A stretch of 64,000 bases of DNA from an uncultured virus (IMG/VR IMGVR_UViG_3300018494_000099) (lineage: Duplodnaviria; Heunggongvirae; Uroviricota; Caudoviricetes), in IMG/VR virus record IMGVR_UViG_3300018494_000099. One strand, written 5' to 3'. Position 1 is the stretch's first letter. Each line of letters begins with the position of its first letter. This document shows positions 35,193 to 45,471 of the stretch, one piece after another. Under the pieces are notes generated by a model, which worked only from the letters and a program-made list of their open reading frames with translations, was not told where the DNA came from and made no database searches. A program made the translations under genes and the position numbers.

Positions 35193-36488
35193 TTAGAAGT
35201 CGGGGGTAAGCTTATCAGTTCTGAAGTCTTTGAATACCGGGAAGCGAAGACTCTTGCCGCCATCTGCGTTAGTAGTTTCCTCAAAGTACTGAATCTCAAC
35301 TATCTTACCAATGAAGTCAGAAGGCTCAAGCCAGATGAGTGCACGAAGTTCATCAGAGAAACCGGAACCGACTTTAACGATATTACCGTTCTTATATCTT
35401 ACGTGAATAGCTCCGAGAGTACCGGCAAGTCTTCCTGATCCCTCTTCGTATCCGACTATCTCGAGGTCGAGAGTATTCATCTTCTTTACCTTCATAAGCG
35501 ACCAGGTTCTGCCGAACTCATAAGGAGCATCGCAGATGTTGATCATGACTCCCTCTTCCTGATTAGCGATTGCTTCATCGAGGAATTCAAGTACCTTAGT
35601 AGTATCCGTTCCTCTGTAAAGCTCCGGAAGAACTTCGAAGTAAATCAAAGCTTTTCGAGCAACAAGTGTATTAAGCAAAGCTCTTCTCTCGATGTAGTCG
35701 TGAGTAGACTTTTGAGCCTTCCACTCATCGATATACATCGCATCGAAGCACTTCATCTTGAGTCCATGCTTCTCTCCATCAGAACGCGTGATCTTCATCG
35801 CTCTCTTGTAAGCTTCCTTAGAAGGGATACCACGATCCTCGAAGATAGTGATCTCTCCGTCAAGGACAGTTCCGTCCGGCATGTTCTCCTGCATTTCCCT
35901 CTCGAGATCTACGAGGCCCTCATACAACTGACCTGCTCGAGTGAAAAACGAAACTTGACCATTTTCCTTTATGGCGATAATACGACCGCCGTCGATCTTC
36001 GTAGTGAGAGCAAAATACTTACCCTCAAGCTTCTCAGGCTTATCGAAGTACTTCTGAGCGAGCTGTACGTCGAAAGTAGGAATAAGTCCTGGAATTACAG
36101 AGTTAATTGACTTAGCATCGCACCCGATACTGAGATCCTTGCAGATAAGCTTCTCAAGAAGGTCTGCAGACTCTCTGTCGCAAGCCGCTACGCCGTCAAG
36201 GAAGTCCTGACACAGACCTACTATCTGATCAGTGCCGGTATTGTACTGCGTAAGGTAGGTGAAAAGCTCAAAGATGGAGTGGATGCCTATAATGGAAGTT
36301 GCCGGAACCGACTTATGAAGTTTCTTAGTCGAAATACCGTAGACTGCATAAGGATCAAAGGCAATCTTAAGGTATCTATGTACTACAGAGTCGTCCTTAT
36401 ACTTCTCAAGCACTCCCTGCTTAAACTTTCTTGAATTATTTGCGCTGATCTCCTTAACAAAATCTTTGAAGTGAAAAAGTGTTTTCAT
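35193..36488 (-). CDS. lig: ATP-dependent DNA ligase
   Basis: KIDGGR (motif I), LDGEI, CFD, EGVM, MKVK, VGSGFSD, SLRFPVF. Confidence 0.93.
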   Translation of the reverse strand: MKTLFHFKDFVKEISANNSRKFKQGVLEKYKDDSVVHRYLKIAFDPYAVYGISTKKLHKSVPATSIIGIHSIFELFTYLTQYNTGTDQIVGLCQDFLDGVAACDRESADLLEKLICKDLSIGCDAKSINSVIPGLIPTFDVQLAQKYFDKPEKLEGKYFALTTKIDGGRIIAIKENGQVSFFTRAGQLYEGLVDLEREMQENMPDGTVLDGEITIFEDRGIPSKEAYKRAMKITRSDGEKHGLKMKCFDAMYIDEWKAQKSTHDYIERRALLNTLVARKALIYFEVLPELYRGTDTTKVLEFLDEAIANQEEGVMINICDAPYEFGRTWSLMKVKKMNTLDLEIVGYEEGSGRLAGTLGAIHVRYKNGNIVKVGSGFSDELRALIWLEPSDFIGKIVEIQYFEETTNADGGKSLRFPVFKDFRTDKLTPDF

Positions 36489-36503
36489 CTTAGGTATTCC
36501 TCC

Positions 36504-39500
36504 TTACTTACCTTCTGCGACGATATAACCGAAACGAGAAGCAACTACCATAGGAACACCATCAACTGAGATAGCATGAAGTTCCCAAGACCAGTTAGCA
36601 TCCTTAGGCGTATAGAACCCAAGGAAAGCACTTCTCATCGCTCTGATGTTTGCTTTGTCAAGAGAAGCAGGCGTCAGAGCGATTGCATTAGTGATGTCAG
36701 CTTTTGTAATTTTCATAGTAATAACCTCCAGTGTTTCTTACACATATATTATAACACATAAATATGAACCAGATATTATTAAATTATGAACAGATTGTAA
36801 ACGTTAAATAATCGAATACTTCTGGAACATTTCTTTAATAGACTTATACCAGTAAGTCGGCTCAGTGTCTTCTTTATTCTGGAGGAAAGTAATACTTCTG
36901 GCAGTTCTGAGAACATCGGGAATAAAGGCATCAGGCTTGTACTTGCTCAGCTCCTGAAGCATATAAGTAAGATACTTCTGAAGTTGCTCCCACTCCCACT
37001 TAGAGAACTTAGTAGCTGCTTCAACTGCATGATCACCCATCAAGGTTTCAAGCTCGCTCATTTCCAGAATAAGCTTATTCTGAATTCTAATGCACTTAGC
37101 AAGAAGCTCACACTCAGAAGGATACTCGATAGAAGCTTCTGCTGCCTGATATTCTTTCTCGTACTGAACACAAGCTCGGAAGAAATCCTGAAGCATCTCA
37201 TCAGTCAGACTGGCAACAGAGATTCCGTTATAGCTCCAAGTAGCTGCCTGATAATTAGGAAGCTTAGAATAAACTTCATAAGGAAGCTGACCAGAGACAT
37301 GAGCGGAAAGATAAGCCTGACCGTCTGCGACGAGCTTCGAGATGTGGCTATTAGTATCAGAGAAACGATAGCAAGTAAATCTGTTGCCGTCGTCGGAGAA
37401 ATCCTCCTCAGGGAATCTGATGAAACCGTACTTTACAAGATTAATTCTAGTCATTTTGTTTTTCCTCCAACTTAAATAATTTGATATTTCTTAATATACA
37501 GACTCAGCTTCTACTTTACAAATTTCAGCAGGGAAAGACTGTCCGTTGCCGTACAAGCAATCAGTGTCAGGCTTGTAGAGCCAGTCCACATCACAGACAT
37601 AGAAAGCAGAGAGTCCGTTCTTAGGTTCGATTTTCATAGTGCCGTGAAATGCTTTATAACCTTCAACCTTAATCATAATAACTTCCTCCTTAGAATATTT
37701 CAATTTCGTGATTATCTGCTTTTGCTCTTACTACCGAGAGCTCCCTCTCAACCTCAGCCTTCATATCAGGATCATCAGTATCGAGGTCATAGACTACAAG
37801 GTCTACGTCGCCATCTCCATAAGCTTCCCAGATAACTCCATTCTTAAGAACGACGTGTACAGTGTTTTTCATTTTTAATTTCCTCCAAAGTATGTTTGAT
37901 TTACTTACATATATATTATAACATATTTTAGGCAAAAAGTAAACCGACAAAACAAACGAAATTTAAAAAATTTTTTCGTATTATTCTGTCGGTTTTGCAC
38001 AGTTAACCTCTTTTATTATAATAGGAAGAAATTTTTGCGAAAGACTCTGCTGACTTAATCAGTCCGTGAGCCTGCTCGCCGGTATAAGAAGTCCACTCAA
38101 TGCCAAGGTACTCCTTACCGGTGATCATCTTATTCCTAAGATTATCAGCAGAAAGGTTAGACTTAAAGAGAGTAGTCATCAGAGAAAGGAAGTAATCGAA
38201 CTGCTTCAGGTCTACGATAATATGTCTACCCATAAGATCGAAAGGAAGAAGAGCATTTCGCTTTGTCTGATCGTAATCCGCGACTGAAGCGTCGTCTACT
38301 ACAGGATCGCCAACCCCAGAAGTCAGGATAAGGTCCCCGAGACCGAGCAGCTTAAACTGAGTTTCTACCGGAATCTTAGGAAGATTGAAAATACTATCAA
38401 GTCCTTTGTTAATCGCTTTGATAGTTGGGCGATACTGCTGGTACTCTTGAATAGCATAAGTAAACTGCATCATCTGTGGGGGAAGAAGATGTCCCATGCC
38501 GATAATGTGATAGAGATCAACCATGACTATCTTAGTCATAATCTCTTCTTCTGCTGCACAAAAGCTTTTAAGGTCAGCAGCTCTCACCAAAGAAAGTTGG
38601 CTGAGATCATCTGTGGTGTGTATATCACCGAGATGAAGCTCGCAGAGTCTTATGCGATCCGCGAGCGCATCCATGATTTTCTGAAATTCTTCTTTTTTCA
38701 TATTAGTCGCAGAAGCAGTAGCTTACTTTCTCCTTAAAGATCTGAGAACGCTTCGCTGCCTTCTTATCAGCAAGTTCTTCTACGGTAAACCAACCGTCGC
38801 GTACTCTTCTGACCTGCTGGGCATTGAGTCGGATCATCTTCATTGCCTTCGCGTCAGAAGTGAGTCTTTCGAATATGTAGTAGTAATTCCGGTGTCCGGG
38901 GGTAAGGTTTCTTACCCTTCTTCCGTTCACTTTCTTTTTCTTATACGCGCCGGTAATAGACGCTACGCCAACGTGTGTGCACTTCCAGTCTCCAGAAGTA
39001 AGTCCGTAAAATTCTGATCTTATCATTTGTAAATGTGTCCTCCGTACTATTTGTTAATTGTTAATTAGCCTGCACCAACACAGACATCAAGTTTAATTTT
39101 TGTTTTGAGCACCTTATAGCTCATAATCTCACCAACGTCAAGTTGCTCGCCGTCGATGTAGAGTTTCCAGTATTCCCACTGATGTACGTAGTCAAGAGTG
39201 GAATAATGAGTCTCGCCGACAACTTTCCAAATTTCGAACTTCTTCAGAGAGTCGAACTTATGCTGAGTAGGTTCGTACTCTATTCTCTTACCGTGAGAGT
39301 CCCAGAAGTTCGTGCACTCTACTTTCGAAGTATAACCTTCGTAGAGAAGCTCGCGGTGCAGATCACGAGAAGTAATTCCGGTAATAGTCGGCATAATTAG
39401 TCCTCCTCAAACAGTTTAAGAATAGCTTCAGGATACTTTGCCATCCTGCGATACATCTCTGCCATCTTAGCCGCATGCTCCGCATTTTCTTCATGCATTT

Positions 39501-39624
39501 GAGCAGTCTCAGCATCGGGCGAACCCTTCGCCCAAAGTCTTTCGTTACTCGCTGCACCGTCATACTGCTCAGCAAGTTCTTCAAAGTCCTGCACGATCTG
39601 AATTTTAGTAAGTTCGTTATCCAT
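36504..39624 (-). other. cluster of hypothetical genes
   Basis: ORFs 36504-36716, 36804-37454, 37491-37703, 37690-37872, 38003-38701, 38703-39026, 39065-39394, 39397-39624 with RBSs. Confidence 0.75.
37904..37995 (-). promoter_or_regulatory. repeated promoter module (copy 4) with inverted repeat
   Basis: TTTACT-N17-TATAAT; AAACCGACA...TGTCGGTTT inverted pair. Confidence 0.75.
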
Positions 39625-39718
39625 TTTTAAATCCTCCGTTTGTTTCTTACGTATATATTATAACGTATAAATACTAACAGGATGTTACGAAATTATTACG
39701 AAATTGTAAATAATTAAA

Positions 39719-40009
39719 TTACATTGTTTTCAGAACGTAAAGACGAGAAAGGTACTCCTGAACCTCAGCTACCTTAGTATTCCAGTCGGTCTTCGCTCTA
39801 TTGATTGCTTCTTCTTTAGAGCGATAGATGTCATCAGTATCCTCTGCTTTAAGTAGCTTACAGCACTGGCACTCATAGCGATAAAGGTAGTGCCCGGGGT
39901 AACCACCTCCATTAGGTCGTCTAAGGTCTGTGGTAATTCTTTCAGGTGCTTCTCCGCAAATAGGGCAAGGCTTTATCGAAATATATTCTTCTCTTTTTCT
40001 GGGTGGCAT
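39719..40009 (-). CDS. Lar-like zinc-finger protein
   Basis: IKPCPICGE...YECQCC...EAINRAKTDWN. Confidence 0.55.
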   Translation of the reverse strand: MPPRKREEYISIKPCPICGEAPERITTDLRRPNGGGYPGHYLYRYECQCCKLLKAEDTDDIYRSKEEAINRAKTDWNTKVAEVQEYLSRLYVLKTM

Positions 40010-40022
40010 AAGTAGGTCCTCC

Positions 40023-40724
40023 TTAAAATACGTCATTAGAAACACCGGTGCAAATCTTTTGCTCAGGAAGTTTAGTCGCAGCTGTCTGAGTAAACTTTCC
40101 GGGGTTGTAGATTCTATTGATTGCCCAAGTAGCATCCTTATAGCTGTTAGTAGTAGCAATCTCGATAATCTTAAGTCGCAGAGCTTTATCTGTAGTATAT
40201 CCGGTAATAGTCTTCTCGAATACCTGCACTACCGCTTTAGTAAACTTACAGTTCTGTGCGTCGATCATTCCATCGATCCAGCGTTCATAAGCTGCTCGAA
40301 GTTCGAGGTCATCTTCTAAGATAGCTTTCTTCATAGTCGCTTTGATCCCGGCGACCTTTGCAGCTCTATCATCTGCTGTCTTTCTACCAGACTTCTTAAG
40401 CTTCGTAGTATCCTCATCTGTGATTACCGCAACCATTCCGTTTACTGCGATAGCAATCTTATTAGGGTCTTCCGGTTCCTTAAGAAGCACTCCGAGACTC
40501 AGAAGCTTTTCATCACACTTAAGCTGCTTAGCAACCGAGAGAGTGGTCTCCCTCTCCACATAGTCTCTATCGAGCGGGAAGAAGCCTTTCTCATCCATGG
40601 TCTGCTTCTTTACTACCTGTTTAAGAATACTCTGAAGTTCTGCCCAGTAAGCTGCGACCTCAAAGCCGGCAAGTCTTACAAGTCTTTTATTTAATCTTAG
40701 TTCGTCAAATAGATCAAGATACAA
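40023..40724 (-). CDS. putative replication initiator / replisome organiser (winged-helix N-terminus)
   Basis: NKRLVRLAG..VAAYWAEL...GFF...VERETTLS..KQ....KL..LGVL resembles phage replication-organiser wHTH domains; TTG start after GGAGGA. Confidence 0.55.
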   Translation of the reverse strand: MYLDLFDELRLNKRLVRLAGFEVAAYWAELQSILKQVVKKQTMDEKGFFPLDRDYVERETTLSVAKQLKCDEKLLSLGVLLKEPEDPNKIAIAVNGMVAVITDEDTTKLKKSGRKTADDRAAKVAGIKATMKKAILEDDLELRAAYERWIDGMIDAQNCKFTKAVVQVFEKTITGYTTDKALRLKIIEIATTNSYKDATWAINRIYNPGKFTQTAATKLPEQKICTGVSNDVF

Positions 40725-40804
40725 TTTTGAAATCCTCCGAATTTCATTTTCTAAATATATTATACAATAAGAAGGGACCGGTTATGGGCCAGCCCCTAAA
40801 AATT

Positions 40805-41662
40805 TTATACATAAGATACCTTAAGCTCGGCAATACAATTTTTCAGGTACTTATAAAGCTTCTGATTATTAGCTTTATCTATTACATCAAAAACGGCATT
40901 AAGCTTTTCATCAGAGATAGTGTAACGCGACTTAAAAGACTTCTTATAAGAAGCAGGAAGCTTACTTACTATCTGAACCAGCTTATAGGGCCAGAACTCA
41001 GAACTGTGTTCGGTATATCTGTAAGTCTCGCCGTCAGCGTTTGTAGTCTTTATAGTTTTCTTAAAATGCTTTTGCACATCATTAAAAGCTATGTTGTCAA
41101 TCAGGATTGCTTCGATGATCTTATTACGGTTTATGTAGCTCTGCACGAGCGTAATAGCATCGTCAGTGCTAGAATCATAGCAGCTATCTTCATCCTCAAG
41201 CATATCACCGAGAGTCTTTGCCTCATCATCAGAATCACCGCAGATAGGCGTATCCAAACTCGTACAAAAGTTTACTGCCTTCTTCTTATCAAGTCTGAGG
41301 TCATAATACTTCTGAAGCTTTATGGTCTCGATGCACTTATTTATGCACTGTTGAGCATTAAGCTTCTTAGTTGTATCTCTCCAGCCTCGGTACTTACAAG
41401 CGTACTCGATTGCCTCGTAGAGCCACCAGAAGAAATCTTCGTACTCAAGGCAGGGTGCTACAGTATTCGCTCTATACATCTTATCAATAGTGTACCAGAA
41501 ACGAAGTATAAGTGCCGAGATATAAATATCTTTAAGCGTTTCATTGTTAGTATCACAGGCATCGCAGTAAGCGTCGGCAAGTTCGTCGATAGTATAAGTC
41601 TCGTAAGGTTGGCTAAGTTTTCTTGCATAATCTATCAGGTCTCTTTTTGTTTCTTGTAGCAT
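40805..41662 (-). CDS. sigma-factor-like protein
   Basis: Region-2-like helix (LEYEDFFWWLYEAIEYAC) and SLDTPI..D.DDE..TLGDML region-3.2-like motif. Confidence 0.55.
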   Translation of the reverse strand: MLQETKRDLIDYARKLSQPYETYTIDELADAYCDACDTNNETLKDIYISALILRFWYTIDKMYRANTVAPCLEYEDFFWWLYEAIEYACKYRGWRDTTKKLNAQQCINKCIETIKLQKYYDLRLDKKKAVNFCTSLDTPICGDSDDEAKTLGDMLEDEDSCYDSSTDDAITLVQSYINRNKIIEAILIDNIAFNDVQKHFKKTIKTTNADGETYRYTEHSSEFWPYKLVQIVSKLPASYKKSFKSRYTISDEKLNAVFDVIDKANNQKLYKYLKNCIAELKVSYV

Positions 41663-41719
41663 AGCAAGTATATCTCCTGTCAAATTTTTATCTAGTCGTA
41701 GTTTAAGTTAATATGTAAA

Positions 41720-42448
41720 TTAAATCCGTTCAAGCTTTACTTTCATTTCATCATCGCAGGCAAGTCGATAACCTGTATCTGTTCTGTCAGCAAGTCTCTG
41801 AAAAGCTTCAGCAAGGCTTTGCAGTTGGTAAATTTCAGAAACGTCTACTTCGCCTGCGTCAGTCATTTCAAGTTCGCTGAAGCCGAGGTATACAAGGTCC
41901 TCAGCATAAGTATCATTGAAATCTTCTACCGACTTTTCCATCTCAACAACTTCGAACTTAAGTTGAGAAAGCTCATCTACATAAGCTCTAAGGTCATCAC
42001 AGAGTCTATCGAAGTCTCTTACAAGCTTAGTGAACATCTGAAGCTCAAAACGATTTTCTTTTACTGTATATCCGTAATAACGACACCATTCTTTATATTG
42101 AGAATAATCATCATTATCAGTTATAGAGCAAGGAAGAACATCACCACGGTTATCTGCATTATAAAGAACAAGATAACCGCCGCTTCTTCCGTTGAAGCCG
42201 ACGACATAACCGGGATGCTCCCTCTCCCAATCTTTGATCATCCAGTTAAGGGTATCATACTCTCCGTTGTCAAGAAGACTAAGAGCAGTCCAGCAGTCTC
42301 CGCTGAGGTTGAGTCTATGTACCTTTACGTTGTTTGCAATAGAATAAACTCCGTTCCAAGAGTTCATAGTTGCATAACGGAAGTGGTCCTTAAGAAAATT
42401 GAACATCTGCTTATCGTTTGTAATATCAATGCCGGTCTGGTAAAACAT
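41720..42448 (-). CDS. conserved-looking phage hypothetical protein
   Basis: 242 aa, HFRY.TMNSWN and GFNGRSGGYLVLY motifs, GGAGG RBS. Confidence 0.7.
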   Translation of the reverse strand: MFYQTGIDITNDKQMFNFLKDHFRYATMNSWNGVYSIANNVKVHRLNLSGDCWTALSLLDNGEYDTLNWMIKDWEREHPGYVVGFNGRSGGYLVLYNADNRGDVLPCSITDNDDYSQYKEWCRYYGYTVKENRFELQMFTKLVRDFDRLCDDLRAYVDELSQLKFEVVEMEKSVEDFNDTYAEDLVYLGFSELEMTDAGEVDVSEIYQLQSLAEAFQRLADRTDTGYRLACDDEMKVKLERI

Positions 42449-42795
42449 TATGTATTCCTCCTAAATTACTGTTCAGAAATAGTGATATAAAGTTCGTTAG
42501 TTATGTCCGCGAAGTCGTAATCAATCTCGAAGTACTCTTCAGCTTCAGAGCCATATACTCGGGTACGAGACTTGTTGTACTCAAGCTCTTCAGGGTCGTC
42601 AGACTGAACAACCTCGTCATAGCAAACATCCTTACACTCTACAAGACCTTTGAGAGCGTCAGACTTAGAAGTATAAACTCCATGAACTCCGCAAAAAGCC
42701 TTAGAGTTTCCATCATCGTCCTGTCCAGCAGAGCCCCAACAAACAATATAAAGTTTTTCCATATTCTTTTCCTCCGAAATATGTATTGTGTTTTT

Positions 42796-42861
42796 CTTAC
42801 ATATATTATTATATCACAAAAAGGCCGATTTGTAAACTGACAAAACAACCGAAGTTTTCGA
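42796..42861 (-). promoter_or_regulatory. repeated promoter module (copy 5)
   Basis: TTTACA-N17-TATAAT plus upstream TTCGGTTGTTTTGTCAG. Confidence 0.75.
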
Positions 42862-42884
42862 AATTATTTTAATTATTTTTATGT

Positions 42885-42984
42885 AGTGTGCACAGGAGAA
42901 AGCTGCGTATTCAGGGGACAAGTTACATAAGGATTTGCTAGTGTCTTCTCCCGTGCACTGTTGGGCTGTGTATTTGGAACACTC
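42885..42984 (-). ncRNA. candidate structured non-coding RNA
   Basis: Own TTTACA-N17-TATAAT promoter (43017-42989); 13-bp stem 42888-42900/42946-42958; no credible ORF. Confidence 0.4.
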
Positions 42985-43020
42985 TCTTATTATATATTAA
43001 ATGAAGAGTTTTGTAAATGC

Positions 43021-43614
43021 TTAACCTATGAATTCGAGATGGTAATAATCACCATCTTTGTATTCTACCTTAGAGAATATTTTGTAGGTAAGTACAAAAG
43101 ACTCTGGTTCATCAATGAACTTAATCTTTACGTAATCGTTCTTATTGAAATCCTTAAGAAGCTTACAACTTACTTTAAGTGTGTTGTCATCTTCAAGAAC
43201 TACGTAGTCAGAGTTGGTCAGCTCAACTACTGGATTGGCGTCTTCTTCGGAACCGTACTCTCTATCGATCCAGAGTTCTCTCTGATAAACAGAACCGAGA
43301 TTTATAGTACCCTCATCTTCAGGGTCTTCTACTACAGTTTCTACTTCTATAGAGAAATAGACAGTCTCTTCATCAGGCTCCTCATAACCGGCTTCGCGCA
43401 GAGATTTGAAAGAAACTTTCTCAGCACAAGCGATTGCTGCATCCGGATCATCGAACTCACCTACAAGAATCTCAGCGTCGGTCATCTCTTCAGCACAGGT
43501 ATAGCCGAGAGCCCAGACTTCGTAAGTTACCTTAGTGTCTTCAGGAATATCCTCAATGTCCTCTACGATGTTCTCCATAAGTTCTTCGTTCTCAAAAAGT
43601 TCCTTAATGTTCAT
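43021..43614 (-). CDS. acidic hypothetical protein, paralogue of 44974-45324
   Basis: YEVWALGY...F.DP.AAI..A...EVETVV...EGTIN shared motif. Confidence 0.75.
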   Translation of the reverse strand: MNIKELFENEELMENIVEDIEDIPEDTKVTYEVWALGYTCAEEMTDAEILVGEFDDPDAAIACAEKVSFKSLREAGYEEPDEETVYFSIEVETVVEDPEDEGTINLGSVYQRELWIDREYGSEEDANPVVELTNSDYVVLEDDNTLKVSCKLLKDFNKNDYVKIKFIDEPESFVLTYKIFSKVEYKDGDYYHLEFIG

Positions 43615-44050
43615 TTTATTATCCTCCAAAAGTATTTAAATTAGTTAACTGCAAGTCCAATACCCGATGCTCTCGAGTTCCAAACAAACATCAGAACTCG
43701 CTGTCCGACTGAAGATGATACTCTCGACCGACCCTGAAGCATTTTGATAATGTCGGCCTGAAGTTTCTTAGAGCCTTTAGTAAACATATTATTCTTTTCC
43801 ATCTCAGCTTCGACGATAGACATTATCTGAAGTCCGTCGCCAGACATACAAGCAGACTCAAAGTCAGGGTTGTTAGAAACGTGGGTTGCGAGAAGGTGGT
43901 CTTCTACTTTCTTCTGGGTTTCAGGTGTGTACATGTTAGTTCCTCCAAAATTTAATTTAAGTAATTAGTTTGTTCATTGAACTTACTATATTTATTATAA
44001 CATGTTTTATTATATAATGTGCTAACAAATTGTAAACAAATTATTGATAT

Positions 44051-44350
44051 TTATTTAATTCGTTGCCAGCCGCACATATCACAATAATAGAGTCTCTGAC
44101 TTACGCCAGTATCAATCTCGATAATATCACTCATCGAGAGGGAATGTCCGTTAAAGTCTTTCGGGCGACACATATTAAATAGATAGAAGATAACCTCGCA
44201 AATTTCGGTAGCTGTCTTCGTGTCATCGGTGAACTCGCCTTCGTAGCGGCACTCATAATCTGAGAAGTTAAACTTTTTAGGATCCCAGCCACGGAAAGCG
44301 TAGTCTGTATTTGCTATGTCCTTAATCTGATGAATCTTATATGTAATCAC
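44051..44350 (-). CDS. YodL-domain protein
   Basis: YKIHQIK...DY...YEG...IF..FN..RP.DF.GHSLSMSDII...YYCD..GW. Confidence 0.8.
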   Translation of the reverse strand: MITYKIHQIKDIANTDYAFRGWDPKKFNFSDYECRYEGEFTDDTKTATEICEVIFYLFNMCRPKDFNGHSLSMSDIIEIDTGVSQRLYYCDMCGWQRIK

Positions 44351-44888
44351 AGTTAATCCTCCAAGTAGTTTTTCTTATATTTGGGTTTGCGGTATCTGCG
44401 GTCATCAAAGACCTGAGCCTTATTTCTAAGTCTCGAATATTTTCTGTCCGGGTTAGGAACAGACATAATATCAACATTAACAGTAATGATATTATCAGGT
44501 TTCTTCATTTTAATTATATGTGTCTTCTGTTTCATTGGCCTTATCCTCCTCAGCTATCCAAGCCATTACGTACATCTAAACAAATATAGTTAGGCGATTC
44601 ACTGGTCAGAAGCTCATTAAGCCACTCGATTCCATCATCAGAGAGCTCAGCTTCAACAAGTCTACAGATTAGACTGTAATCTGCATCTGAGATATTCATC
44701 AGGCTGGCCAAATAAATATTAGATACATCATCAGGCTCACGGTCAAAGAACTCCTGAACTTTGTTGTGAAAAGTTATCTGAGCCACAGACGAATGCTGAC
44801 CCACCCAGTGAATAAGAAAGTTTTCACCGCTGTCGTAATCCTCATAGATAATAAAACAAGTTTTCATTTTAAATTTCTCCTTAGGTTT

Positions 44889-44946
44889 CTTACATTTATA
44901 TTATAACATATTTTATTAAATTTGTAAACTGACAAAACTACCAAAG
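44889..44946 (-). promoter_or_regulatory. repeated promoter module (copy 6)
   Basis: TTTACA-N17-TATAAT plus upstream GTAGTTTTGTCAG. Confidence 0.75.
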
Positions 44947-44973
44947 ATAAAGAAAAAATCCTAACATTTTCTG

Positions 44974-45324
44974 TTAGGATTTAATAATAAACATCTTTTT
45001 ATATAAAGTACATATATTTATGGTGCCTTCTTCATTATCATCAATAACTGTCTCAACCTCAAGGGCGACAGCATTAAACTCAGTAAGGTCAGCTTCAAGT
45101 AGAATCCGCCTGAGTTCCTGTGGTGCTTCAGTCTTCGCATACTCTATAGCATCTTCAGGGTCTGTAAAAACTCTAAGTAAGAAAGTATTATCAGTTACTC
45201 TTCTATTATAGTATCCAATAGCCCACACTTCATAACACAATGGAGCATCCTCCGGTAGAATCTCTAACATTCTATGTACTGACCTTTGTTCTTCCTTAGT
45301 TAATAAGTCCTTTACTATACTCAT
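44974..45324 (-). CDS. hypothetical protein, paralogue of 43021-43614
   Basis: YEVWAIGY...FTDPEDAIEYA...EVETVIDDNEEGTIN. Confidence 0.75.
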   Translation of the reverse strand: MSIVKDLLTKEEQRSVHRMLEILPEDAPLCYEVWAIGYYNRRVTDNTFLLRVFTDPEDAIEYAKTEAPQELRRILLEADLTEFNAVALEVETVIDDNEEGTINICTLYKKMFIIKS

Positions 45325-45471
45325 AATGCTGCCTCCTAATGAATTATTAAGTTGATAAGTTAATAATAACATAGTTGGTAATATTTGTAAATAGCCTAAT
45401 AATAAAAAATAACGTTTGTTAAATTAAACAAAATGTCGGATTTTGTCAATTGTAGCAAACGTTATGTCTTT

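Noticed and set aside
40727..43644. Plus-strand ORFs of 310, 223 and 227 aa
   Set aside because: They lie opposite well-supported minus-strand genes and have the composition typical of antisense frames.
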